From positions 33,399,703 through 33,463,702 of the forward strand of contig NC_057740.1 in NCBI RefSeq assembly GCF_004010195.1: a stretch of DNA of 64,000 nt, in the 5' to 3' direction. Position numbers and translations under genes: made by a program. Of this stretch, positions 52,041 through 64,000 are shown one piece after another. Below the pieces are notes generated by a model, which ran no database searches, was not told the DNA's origin, and was given only the letters and a program-made list of their open reading frames with translations. Within the stretch, counting starts at the first letter, position 1. Each line of letters opens with the position of its first letter. This DNA comes from Chiloscyllium plagiosum (taxonomy: Eukaryota).

Positions 52041-53556
52041 GGATGGTCCATCCAATTTCAATCCTCTAAAACACTGGTTCTTAAGAGGAACAACACATTA
52101 TTGTAGGCATGAGTCACAGATGAGACCAAGTGTGGATGGCAGATTTCCTCCCGTTTAAAAGAATATCAGTGTATCAAACAGGGTTTTCAATAACTGCTTC
52201 ATAATCATCATTAGACTAGTTTTCATTCTAGTTTTATTACTCAAATTCAAATACTACCATCTGCAATGGTGGGAATTCAGCAAATGGCCTCATAGCACTA
52301 GCCTCTAAACTACTGGTCCAGCATCAATAACACTCACTATCGCCTCCCTCCTAATCTGAAACCTGATTGGCTTCAATATATGCAGGCAGAATTTCAGGGG
52401 GTCAAGGTTACTGTTAACCGATCATTTTGCAACATTGAATGAAGTGCATATAGTGCTCAGACTTAGCATTTGAATGAATTGAAATTATTTTCAGGAGGTC
52501 TGGGATCCCACTTGTACTGATAGCCATCACAGATACACAATATCTGAGCCAACTGAGGACAACAACCTCAGTGGCAGAAGTCATTAGGGCTGTTAGAGAC
52601 AAAGATTTTCAGAGTTCAATGCAACAGAAAATGGTAACATCCATCCAGGAATTTTAGCACAGGATTTATTGTTTTCTTTTTCAAAAAGTACTGGGTGGGT
52701 AAATTTCAGCTTCCAGTGTCAGGAAATGGGAACGTGGGAATAGTAATGTTGGGCTTCTGTCGATGACCTATTGTCAACATCAACAAAACAGAATATTTAC
52801 ATTGGTCACCTCAAGTAATCACTGTAAGGGTCAGTACATCAACGTTACATCGTGTATATAGCAATACAATACAGGAACACTGCATCTTTTCCGAATTACC
52901 CAGGATCTTAGGAAGGCAATAGTTCCCAGTTGCTTTCACAATAGCAACACTGCAACCAATTAGCACCCTTTACTCATGTACTTTAACCTGTTGTGATTGT
53001 TTGGAATTTGGCATTCACGCGTTTGTCTTGGTTAGTGTGAGATGAAAAGCTTTGGCAACAAGTCTCTCAGCTCAACAATACTAAAAAACATTGTTCTCTT
53101 TTTCATCCAGGCTGCTGACCCTGCTTTTCCTAGTAGAATGAAGCATCACAGCAGACTTCACCATTATAAGAAATACTCAAATGTTTGACAAAATGGAAAA
53201 AGGGGCATGAGATTATTTAGAAAGCTTCCCTAAAGAGCCAGCAAAGGCAAAAAGAAAATGGACCAAATGTCCAACTTTTTTGCTGTAAAATTCTATTGTT
53301 CGATTACAGCACTGTCCCCAATGGCATTGCCCAAGATTACCTATCTGCACATCACCTATTAGCAGCAACAGAAAATGAAATATACCCGCAGATGAAACAA
53401 AAATCATGGTCATCTATCTGGACTCAAAATTGAAGCAGCTAATGCTTAACAATGCAGCACATGATTCTGTGATTAGTTTTCAATATTGCATTCCGCCTTC
53501 GTCAAAATATGTATTAAAAAACTTGCCAATGAAACCACAATTCAGGAGCAAATTCA

Positions 53557-53817
<261 letters not shown>

Positions 53818-53984
53818 TCAGCGCAAATTCTCAACAATAGGCTCATTAATTTATGTTTAATGTAGTTTGCAATAGCATTGGGCATTTCCAAAAGCCTAAC
53901 CATTTTAAAACTAGACCATATTACATCTTTTGTTCAATACATGCTGCTTCTAAGTGAGTTCCAGGATCAGATGGCAGCAATTAC

Positions 53985-54270
53985 GAGGGTTCATGAGTTC
54001 AAGTGAGGGGAAAAGTTTAAGGGAGATATGCATGGAAAGTTCTTTATGCAGAGGGTGGTGGGTGCCTGGAATGCGTTGCCAGCAGAAGTGATAGAGGCGG
54101 GCACAATTACATCATTTAAGATGTATCTAGGCAGATACATGAATGGGCAGGGAGCAGAGGAATACAGATCCTTAGAAAATAGGGGACAGGTTTAGATAGA
54201 GGATCTGGATCTACGCAGGCTTGGAGGGCGGAAGGACCTGTTCCTGTGCTGTAATTTTCTTTGTTCTTTA
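53985..54270 (+). mobile_element. CR1-like LINE 3' end (same subfamily as 5110-5395)
   Basis: High similarity to 5110-5395. Confidence 0.85.
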
Positions 54271-54485
54271 TTCAATGGAGATAAAAATTTGTTGGTTGCA
54301 GTCCCAGTTTGAAATTCAGAGTATGTGATCTAATTGCTTTGATGTAAGTTAATGTGTGAAAATTACTGCACTTCAATCAAACTCTTTCGATCATTCCTGC
54401 AGTCAATGAGAGGAACAAAGACAGCAGACTATGCTCTCAAGTCAGAAAAAAAGGGTGCAATCTCACACACTATCCAAGATTTGCG

Positions 54486-55400
54486 ATTTTTGAGAAGATT
54501 TGTAGTTCAGGTTTAGGTTCAGATTGTAGGTTTGCTCGCTGAGCTGGAAGGTTTGATTTCAGATGTTTCGTCATTATACCAGGTATTATCATTAGTGAGC
54601 CGCCGGTGTTCTGTCCCACTTTCTATTTGCGTGTCTTGATCTGTTAAGGTGGGTGATACCATTTCCGCTTCCAGAGGTTGGTAAAATGGGTCCAAACCAA
54701 TGCGTTTATTGATGGGAGTTCCAGTTTGAATACCAGGCCTCTAGGAATTCCCATGTGTGTTGCTGTTTAGCCTGTCCTAGGGTGGATGTGTTGTCCCAGT
54801 CGAATTGGTGTCCTTCTTTGTCTGTATGTAAGGATACTAGTGATAATGGGTCATGTCTTTTAATGGATAATTGGTGTTTGTGTATCCTGATGGATACTTT
54901 TCTGCCTGTCTGTCCAATGTTGTGTTTGCTACAGTCCTTGCAGGATATTTCGTAAATGACATTAGTTTTGCAGGTTGTTGGTACAAGGTCCTTTAGGTTC
55001 ATCAGTAGCTGTTTCAGTGTGTTGGTAGGTTTGTGGGATACCATGATGCCAAGTCTGGTATTCATCTCCGAAATGTGTTTGATGTATGTTAGTGTGGCTC
55101 AGATTTCTGGGCGTGTTGTGTCTACTTGCTTGGGATCATTGTTTAAGAATCAGCAGACTGTATTTATAGTATACCCATTGTTCTTGACTACGCTGTATTT
55201 TTCTTCTGCCGCTCATAGTTCCTGGGTGCTGCAGTGTGTTGTGGTACCAGAAAGATATCACCCACCTTAACAAACCAAAACACAAATAGAAAGCGGGCCA
55301 GATCTCCATTGCTTCACCGGAGGATCACTGATTATGTTACCTAGCATGGTGACGAAACGTCTGAAAACAAACCTTCCAGCTCAGCGAGAAAACTTACAAC
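54486..55400 (-). mobile_element. Penelope-like element 3' part with inverted pLTRs (Poseidon-like), in RPS15 intron 2
   Basis: ORF 54706..55065 reads NVIYEISCKDCSKHNIGQTGR..HQFDWDN; pLTRs at about 54520-54660 (-) and 55255-55400 (+), each with a decayed hammerhead core. Confidence 0.88.
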
Positions 55401-55571
55401 CACGGTTTGCAAAATGTCAACAGATACTGTGACACTCCATGTCCCCTCCAAATAAAAAGTTAAAACCTTTGTGTCAAGCCAAAAAAGTTGAAATAAATCA
55501 ACTAATCAAACTGTATTCTTAACACCAAAAACATAGCCACAGATCATTCTTCTCTACTGTATAAATCCGGG

Positions 55572-56940
55572 TCAAAACGTGTGGCACTGGAAAAACACAG
55601 CAGGTCAGGCAACATCCAAGGAGCAGGAGAATTGACATTTCAGGCATGATTCCTTAATCAGGAATGTGGTTCGGTGGGGGCTGAGAGATAAATAGAAGAG
55701 GGTGGGAGGAAGGTAGCGGCAAAGATAATAGGTAGATCCAGGTGGGGTTTGATGGTGACAGGTTGGAGCAGAGGATGGAGCAAATAGGTAGGAAGGTAGA
55801 TGGACAGGTGGGACAGTCCAAGAGGGTGGTGCCAAGTTGGAGGGTTGGATCTCGGATTGGGGGGGGGGNNNNNNNNNNNNNNNNNNNNNNNNNNNAAACT
55901 AGTGAAATCAACATTTATATTGTGTGGTTGGTGGATCCCAAGATGGAAAATGAGGTGTTTTTCCTCCAGGCATCAGGTGGCTAGGATTTGGCAGTGGCGG
56001 AGGCCCAGGACTGGCATGTCCTTGGTAGAATAGGAGGGGGAGTTGAAGTGGTTGGCCACAGGGCAGTGGGCTTGTTTGGTGTGTATATCTCAGATTTTCC
56101 CTGAAATATTCTGAGAGTTGGTGTTGTCTCTCCAATGTAGAGGGCAGTGGATGAGGTGTTCAGATGTGCAGGAAAATCTTTGCTGGATGTGGAAGGATTT
56201 TGGAGGCATTAAGTGGAGGTGAGGGCACGGGGGAGGGGGGAGTTTAGAAGAAGGTATAGTCCAGGTAGCTGTGGGAGTCAGTGGGTTTGAAGTAGATGCC
56301 TGTGTTGAGTTGTTCACTAGAAAAGGATCCTTCCACAGCCAGCAAAGACTTTTCAGCACATCCAAACACCTCACCTATTGTGTCCGTTACTCTCGATGTG
56401 GTCTCCTCTATATTGGGGAGACAGGACGCCAACTCATGAAGTATTTCAGAGAACATCTCTGGGACACATGCACCAACAAACAACCTCTCCGCCCTGTGGC
56501 CGACAACTTCAACTCCCCCTACAACTCCACCAAGGACATGCAAGTCCTGGGCTACCTCCACCGCCAAATCCGAGCCACTCAATGCCTGGAGGAAGAACGC
56601 CTCATCTTCTGCCATGGGACCCTTCAACCACAAGGCATCCGTGTCAATTTCACCATCTCCCATCTCATCCCAGGTCCAAGTCTCCAACTTGGCAACCCCT
56701 CTTGAACTATCCCATATGTCCATCTTCCTTCCCACTTATCCACTCTGACCTGCAACCATCACCTGCATCTACCTATCTCCTTCCCAGCTACCACCCTCCC
56801 AGCCCCACTTACCCCCTCCTATTTATTTCTCAGATGAAGGGCTTATGTTCAAAACATCAATTCTCCTGCTTGACCTATGTTTTCCGAGCACCACATTTTT
56901 CGACTCGTGAGTCCAGTATCTGCAGTCCTCACTTACTCCT
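55572..56940. mobile_element. Neptune-like PLE fragments in inverted arrangement, in RPS15 intron 2
   Basis: Plus-strand GIY-YIG ORF 56271..56705 (YCVRYSRCGLLYIGETGR..EH) and a minus-strand counterpart at 55900-56320; pLTR at each end. Confidence 0.85.
55869..55895. other. Assembly gap (27 N) after a poly-G run
   Basis: Directly visible. Confidence 0.99.
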
Positions 56941-56993
56941 AGTCTATATAAATCTTGTACAACAGAAGTTATTATTTAACACATTGCAACTTA

Positions 56994-57083
<90 letters not shown>

Positions 57084-57806
57084 CTATGTTAAAAGAAACC
57101 ATAAAGATAAGCAAAATAAACATTGCTACAAATACATGAGCTTAAGATACATTACTGTCAGAAAAGTTGTTCGGACACAGGGACAATCCACATTTTTAAA
57201 ATGAATGTAAATTATGTGTTGTAAAATACATCTAGTTAAAACCCATCAGCTGTTACATTTTTCTTTTGTTTCAAAAATGTTTGATGCTTCCAAACAGATT
57301 GTATGAGGTCGAGCAACCAATTTTTATTCCCTTTAGCAGTTTGCTGATGTTGACAATACACAAGATATCCACAGGATCGGGTAAACAGTGCAATCTATTC
57401 GATTCTGCCTTTAGGAAATCTCATGCCTTGGAGCCTGAACTCCATAAACTTAAATTCCACTACCAGATGGTTCTCACATTAAACTCACATTGGCACCAAG
57501 TCTTAAAGCACCCACCCCATCCCGCACCATTACCAAATTTAAAAGGGCACCAAGTTTAAAATAAGCCTATTCCAGGGTTAAGGAGTAAGCGCACTTTCAA
57601 CATTATTAAGCAGCCCTAGGCCCACAAGAGACCCGTACTGACTCGATTGATATAAATTGGTTTTGCAAAAGATAATCAGCCCACATTATAGTCCTGACTC
57701 CGTTCTATGATATTATCGCCGATACGGAGGTTCCGCTATTAATAAGAGCATGGATGGACAACGATTGCATTGGATTATCTCAGCTCTATCACACACAGAC
57801 ACCCAC

Positions 57807-57809
57807 CAT
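57807..57809 (-). CDS. RPS15: RPS15 exon 1 coding part (ATG only)
   Basis: AAAATG|GTGGGT donor, as in the known RPS15 structure; gives a total CDS of 441 nt, 146 aa. Confidence 0.85.
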
Positions 57810-57920
57810 TTTCACCCGCTCTCTCTGGAAAGGACAAATCTCGTTTCCGCTGCAGCAAATATCGCGGGATTTGGGCCCTAAACCATTGCGCGTGCGCACA
57901 CCGGCCAATGTCCGCGATGT
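57810..57920 (-). promoter_or_regulatory. RPS15: RPS15 5'UTR and promoter
   Basis: TOP/TCT-like TCCTTTCC at about 57834-57827; exact NRF1 consensus TGCGCACGCGCA at 57887-57898; CCAAT at 57905-57909; local CpG cluster. Confidence 0.75.
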
Positions 57921-58029
57921 TTATTCTCTTTGTTAAAAATCACACACTAGGTTATAGTCCAACGGGTTTATTTACAGTTTATTGTCTTTTATTGAAGAAT
58001 CCTTTTCATATCTATCTTTTCTAATGAAC

Positions 58030-58730
58030 CAGTTCAGAGATGGTATTACCAGGGTTGGAGGATTTGAGCTATAGGGAGAGATTGAATAGGTTAGGGCTGT
58101 TTTCCCTGGAGTGTTGGAGGCTGAGGAGTGACCTTGTAGAGGTTTATAAAATCATGAGGGGCATGGATAGGATAAATAGACAAAGTCTTCCTTGCTGAAA
58201 AGTGTGGTGCTGGAGAAGCACGGCAGGTCAGGTAGCATCAGAGGAGCAGGAGAGTCAACGTTTCGGGCATAAGCCCTTCATCAGGAATGTGATGAAGGGC
58301 TTATGCCTGAAATGGTGACTCTGCACCTCCTCGGATGATGCCTGACCTGCTGTGGTTTTCCAGCACCACGCCTTTCGACTCTGATCTCCAGTTCTCACTT
58401 TCTCCAAGGTCTTTTCACTGGGATGGGGGAGTGTAAAACTAGAGGGCATAGTTTAGGGTGAGGGGAAAGATTTAAAAGGGACGTGAAGTGAAACCTTTTC
58501 ATGCAGAGGGTGATGAGTGTATGGAATCAGCTGCCAGAGGAAGTGGTGGAGGCTAGTACAATTACAATATTTAAAAGATATTTGCATGGGTATATAAATA
58601 GGAAGGGTCCTGAGGTATATGGGCCAAGTACTGGCAAATGGGACTAGAGTAATTTAGGATATCTAGTTAGCATAGATGGGTTGGACTGAAGTGTCTGTTT
58701 CTGTGCTGCTGTACATCTCTACGACTGTGA
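58030..58730 (+). mobile_element. CR1/HER1-like LINE 3' end with nested fold-back PLE mini-element (about 58190-58404)
   Basis: CR1 tail; the nested element has an intact minus-strand hammerhead core at 58257-58284 (CTGATGA-AGGGCTTATGCCC-GAAA-CGTT). Confidence 0.85.
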
Positions 58731-58936
58731 CCTCTGGTGCAAGTGGGGATTTGAACCACTGCCTCCAGTCTAGGGATAGAGACATCACCATTGCACTATA
58801 AAGACAAGAATCCTTTTTAATAAATGAATTAGTAAACCTGGTCTTTTAGTTACCCACACCCCACCAAAAATATACTACATAGTACTCATAACACCTGGGT
58901 GAACATACTTGAGTACTACAAATACTGGTATATAGA

Positions 58937-59148
58937 CAAAAACAAAAACAGAAAGTGCTGGGAAAGCTCAGCGGGTCTGAGAGTCATTCGTCCTAAACCT
59001 TAATGCTGACTTCTCGTCGCAAATGCTTTTCTAGCAAATTAGCGTTAACGTTTCAGGACGAATGGCCCCTTCCTCAGACCTGCTGAGCTTTTTCAGCAAT
59101 TTCTGTTTTGATTCAGATTTACAGCATGCACAGTTCTTTCAGTTATTT
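58937..59148. mobile_element. Rearranged fold-back PLE pLTR element
   Basis: Same family as 12950-13160. Confidence 0.65.
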
Positions 59149-59246
59149 TGTGTAGGTAGACCTGGCTTTATTTAGTGGTCTCAAAAATCTCATATATATA
59201 CCCTGTATATAAAAGGTCTTTTTGAGTTCTTGTGGTGCAATGATAA

Positions 59247-59380
59247 CATCAGGAATGATGAAGAGCTTATGTCCAAATATCATTTCTCCTGCTCCTTGGA
59301 TGCTGACTGACCTGCTGTGCTTTTTGAGCATCACACCTTCGACTCTGATCTCCAGCATCTGCGGTCCTCACTTTCTCTTT
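59247..59380 (+). mobile_element. PLE pLTR mini-element
   Basis: 12-bp TSD GTGCAATGATAA (59235-59246 and 59381-59392). Confidence 0.75.
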
Positions 59381-59599
59381 GTGCAATGATAATGTCCCAA
59401 CCTGTGGGCCAGGAGGCTCAGGTGCAGGTGCCACCTATACCTGACATTTTTCTGAATAGGTTGATTTTAAAAATCTAGTGAACACAAAAACAGGGCTCTA
59501 AGGGTTCATTTAGAAGAGTGGTAGTGCCCCTACATCTGTGCCAGGAGGCCCACTTTCAAATTCTACCTGCTCCAGAGGAGTGCAATAACAATTCTCAAT

Positions 59600-60052
59600 A
59601 TCAATGCTCATGTGAATCAGAACGCAAACTGGAGGTACAATATCTCATCTTCAGACTAGGCACTTTACATCCTTCTGGACTTAATATTGAGTTTAACACC
59701 TTCAAATTGTAAACCAACTCCCATTCTTCCCTTTCTTTTAGCTTTACTTGTTACATCCTCTGTCACCAGGTTCTCTCTCTCCCCTCCCCTACCCCAGTGG
59801 GACTGTCTTTTAAGACACACCATTGTTCTGCCATTCTCACATTCCGATCACTTAATCTGAACATTTTATCTCCCTCATCCACACATCCCAACTATAGCAT
59901 AAATGCTGCCTGTTCCCTCTACACTGCATTTCAGCTCTGATGAAGAGTCACCTAGACTCAAAACATTAGCTTGCTCTCTCTCCATGGATGCTGCCTGATC
60001 TGCATTGGTTACTTCCAGCACCAATTCTAGTATCTGCACTAATTTGCTCCTT
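59600..60052 (+). mobile_element. PLE 3' end with decayed hammerhead at 59933-59971
   Basis: RKLEVQYLIFRLGTLHPSGLNIEF C-terminus; AGCT-CTGATGA-AGAGTC(ACCTA)GACTC-AAAA-CATT-AGCT. Confidence 0.75.
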
Positions 60053-60085
60053 CAATTCTCAATAGATTGATTAGAAAATATTCAT

Positions 60086-60284
60086 AGCTGGAAATGTGTT
60101 GCTGGAAAAGCGCAGCAGGTCAGGCAGCATCCAGGGAACAGGAGAATCGACGTTTCAGGCATAAGCCCTTATGTCCGAAACGTCGATTCTCCTGTTCCCT
60201 GGATGCTGCCTGACCTGCTGCGCTTTTCCAGCAACACATTTCCAGCTCTGATCTCCAGCATCTGCAGACCTCACTTTCTCCTCC
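60086..60284. mobile_element. Young fold-back PLE mini-element
   Basis: Near-perfect 162-bp palindrome 60086-60247; perfect 14-bp TSD TAGAAAATATTCAT (60072-60085 and 60285-60298). Confidence 0.85.
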
Positions 60285-61074
60285 TAGAAAATATTCATGA
60301 CAGCTCATGTGTCATAGTGGTAGTGTCTGCCTCTGAGGTAGAAGGCTTAGATTCACTTTGTACCTGTTCCAAACTGTTTCACCACGTCTGAACCAGTTAC
60401 TTAAAATTATCGAGCCTGGGTATTTACATTAATTCTATCATGCTCAACATGCTATACTCATTAATCAGAATCAATTTTTCCTCCTGTAAACACCTTTGAC
60501 ATACCTTACAGTGGGGCGCGTGGTCAAGCAGGCACTATAAGCTATGCTGCCAAAATACACAGGAGTTAAGGCATGCCCAATTCTAGCATTGGATGCTGTT
60601 GACATTTCAAAATGGTGAGCAATACCTTATTTCAGCACATATATCAACCCATCTTGGAGGAATTTTTCAGGTCAACTTACATGCCAACATCTAAAACAAA
60701 ACTGAAATAATAGCTAAATTTATTTAAATGTTTAATAAAATTCTTTCTGACCAAGGGCGAACTCGCCTGGAGCACACTGCTCAACAACTGAGTTTACCTG
60801 CTACTTTGTGCTCCTCCATTGCATGCGCTTGTTCCAAGGTGAGATATCCAACCGACCGTGAGATGCATTTATGGAAGTCACATTCTACTTCGCCTCTTGT
60901 ATCACATCAAACCGCCTCAGTTTATTTTTTTTACTCACTACATGTCTACTCTGCAGACCCATTTGAGAAAAAAAACTGGAATACAGGTAGAGACCTTCCA
61001 GAAAGCTCTCTGCCTTTAAGACACTTAAAACATTGACACAAGTTTTTGGTCACCTGTCCTAATGTTGCCTAATA

Positions 61075-61245
61075 AGAACAGAAAATGCTGGCAAAACTCA
61101 GCAAGTCTGGCAGTATCTTCACTAGAACCGCAGAAGAGTCACTGGACTAGAGATGCTTTCTTCCCACTGATGCTGCCAGACCTGCTGAGTTTCACCAGCA
61201 ATTTTTTTTTTGTTTCAGATTTCCAGCACCTACAATTCTTTATTT
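61075..61245. mobile_element. Degenerate fold-back PLE pLTR element
   Basis: Inverted arms of the 12950 family. Confidence 0.6.
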
Positions 61246-62069
61246 CATTGCTTAATAAGGCTCAGAATCAGATTTTGCTTTGTAATACTGCTCTGAAGCA
61301 GTTGCTTTATTACATCAAAAGCACTACACAAATGCAATTAAAGCAATGAATAAAATATTGAAAAAAAATGGAAATGGAAAAAAAGTTTAAAGGTATTTCA
61401 GTTTTGAGAAATAATAGCATAAGTAGGTTCAGCAAAGGAGCAGGCAAGTTGAATAGGACTTATACTTGAGAGTGGCTAATTATAAGGAGATAAAATGTGA
61501 CCTTGCCCAGATTAAATGGAAAAAAATATGACCAGAACTATAAGAGAGCCATGGGAACTATGTAAACAGGATTTTAAAAAGTTACAAATTATCAGTGAGG
61601 AAGTGAAGTATACATAAGGGTGGTGTTGTGTGTTTGTATGAATAAACAAATCTGATGAAATTTGAAACTTAAAAATTAAATGCTTGTGCACTGAAGAACA
61701 GATGCAAAGAAAATAAGAACTACAGCTAACATAAAAAATTAGAAATTGTCCCAAAATAGGAAATTAGAAATGTAAAGTGGTAATTTCAGAAGTTTTAAAA
61801 AAAAACTTTTATTTAATAAGGGAGATCTGTTCATTTGGACAGCCCCTCACAATTGACTTGTTTCAAATCGAGTTTAATGGGATTGGAAATGGCTGATCTG
61901 GCCAATGTGCAACTGACCAACCTTGCCACATGCAGGCCATGTGTCACTTGGAAGTGTCAGGTCGATAAGTTACCTCCATTTTGGTTGGTCACAAGTTAGA
62001 ACATAACAGTACAGCACAAGTTCTTTGGCCCATCATGTCTGCATTGACCGTGATGCCATTCTAAATGAA

Positions 62070-62425
62070 TGGCAGGATCCTTAGGTGCATTCATATACTG
62101 AGCAATCTTGAGATGGAAGTCAATAGCTCCCTGAAACTGGCAATGCATGTGGATAAATTGGTAAAGATGCTGTACAGCATGCTTGCCTTCAACAGTCAGG
62201 ACATCGAATACAGAAGTTGCTAAGTCAAGTTGAGGCTTTAAGATTTTGGTTGGATCATATTTGGAGTCGTCTGTATAGTTAAGGCCACCACATAATATGA
62301 AGGATATGGAGGCTTTGAAGAGGGTGCAAGAGGCTTACCAGGATATTGCCAACACATTACATACCAGGCAACAAGAGGAGGCTGGACAAACTTGGATTGT
62401 TCCCAGTAGAGTTTAACAGGCTGAG
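62070..62425 (+). mobile_element. Old CR1-like LINE fragment
   Basis: Degenerate match to 4670-5010. Confidence 0.65.
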
Positions 62426-62499
62426 AATAGGAATGTTTTGACTTTGAGTGATGCCTTCAAGACATCCTCAAAAACATTTCTGTCATCATCCTGGGAATG

Positions 62500-63450
62500 T
62501 TATAGTTACACAGCATGGAAACCGCTCCTTCGATCCAACTTGTCCATACCAAAATTCTCAAATGAAACTAATCCCTCTTGCCCTGCATTTTGCCCATATC
62601 CTTCCAAACTTTTCCAATTCGTCCAAAGTTTTTTTGCAATTGAACCTGACAACCCATCACTTCCTATGACAGTTCATTCCACATGCAAACCACCGTGTGC
62701 AAAAGGTGCATCTCAAGACCCTTTTAAATCTTTCACCTCTCACTTTAAAAATATGCCCCCCAAATAGAGAAAAGACCTTTGCAGTTCACCTTACCTATAC
62801 CCTTTATGATTTTAAAAATCTCCAAGGTCATCCTTTAACCTATGCTCCAGTGGAAAAAAGACCCAGTTTATCTTTATAACTCAAGCCCTCCAGTCCAGCA
62901 ACATCCTGGTAAACTTTTCTGAACACTCTCCAAAGTAATAATTTTCTTCCTATAGCTGGGTGACAAGAACTGCACAGAACTCCAAAAGTGGCCTCACCAA
63001 CATCTTGCACAACCTTAACATGATATTCCAATTCCTATGCTCAAATAGTCTGAACAATGAAGATGTGTGCTAAACGCCTGCTTAACAACCCTACTCATGG
63101 ATGTAGGTTTGCTCACTGGGCTGAAAGGTTTTCAGATGTTTTGTCACCATACCATGTAACATCTTCAGATGAGCCTCCAGATGAAGCACTGCTGATGTCT
63201 CCTACATTCTATTTGTATGTTTGCGTTTCTTTGGGTTGGTGATGTCATTTCCTATTCTTTTTCTCAGGGGTGGGTAAATGGGGTCCAAGTCAATGCACTT
63301 GTTGATAGAGTTCAGTTGGAATGCCATGTTTCAAATCTATACTTGTGATGCAACTTTCAAAGAATTATATACCGGAATCCCTCAGCCTCTCTGTTCAACA
63401 CTACCCAGGGCCGTACCATTAACTTTTTAGGTCCTGCCCTCTTTCGTTTT
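62500..63450 (-). mobile_element. CR1-like LINE 3' fragment with nested PLE pLTR (about 63098-63330)
   Basis: Homologous to 36335-36930; the nested part is homologous to 54520-54735. Confidence 0.75.
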
Positions 63451-63581
63451 ACAAATGGCAATACACCTATCGCTCACTTCAACAGTTGCTTTGAAAGTCA
63501 AGTATCAGGCATATTATTAACTCTTAGGTTCTGCTTGCCAGAGCCGGTTTTGAGCAAGCAGGACCTTATTTTGGGCATGTT

Positions 63582-64000
63582 GGAGTCATACAGGAATGGA
63601 AACAGACCCTTTAGTCCAATTCATCCACAGGGAACAGACATCCTAAAATGATCTGATCCCATTTGCCAGCATTTGGCCCATTTCCTTCTAAATCCTCCCT
63701 ATTCGTCTACCTATCCAGATGTCTTTTAAAAGTTGTAATTGTACCAGCTTCCATTACTTCCTCATTCCATACACACACCACCCTCAGTATGATAAAGGTG
63801 CCCCTTGGGTGCCTTTTATATGCTTCCCCTCGCATCTTGAATCTATGTCCTCTAGTTTTGGACTCTCCTAGCTGGAGAAAAGACCTTCACAACTTGCCTT
63901 ATCTATGCCCCTCATGATTTTATAAACATCTATAAGATCACGCCTCAGCCTCCAATGCTTCTAGGAAAATAGCCTCCACCTTTAGCTCAACCATCCAACC
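63582..64000 (-). mobile_element. CR1/HER1-like LINE 3' fragment running off the window edge
   Basis: Homologous to 475-855. Confidence 0.8.

Overview
Vertebrate genomic DNA, most likely a cartilaginous fish (shark), inferred from HE1-like SINEs and CR1/HER1-like LINEs. It is AT-rich, CpG-depleted and dominated by repeats. Two protein-coding genes are supported. (1) A complete four-exon RPS15 (40S ribosomal protein uS19) on the minus strand, 47447-57809, with a 5'TOP-like start, an NRF1/CCAAT promoter and a polyA signal. (2) A very short and highly divergent connexin-family ORF with a single coding exon on the plus strand, 43226-43819. It keeps all six extracellular cysteines, has lost several near-invariant connexin residues and carries an N-glycosylation sequon in extracellular loop 1. 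A candidate non-coding first exon and promoter near 34.3-35.2 kb may belong to the next minus-strand gene (APC2 by human synteny; inference only). The rest is CR1/L2 LINE fragments, tRNA-derived SINEs, solo LTRs, Tc1/mariner-type MITEs, Tx1/L1 3' ends, and many Penelope-like elements (PLEs). The PLEs include short fold-back derivatives with minimal hammerhead-ribozyme cores and 10-15 bp target-site duplications (TSDs). Three locally templated insertions or inverted duplications were also found. All calls were made by eye, and repeat boundaries are approximate.
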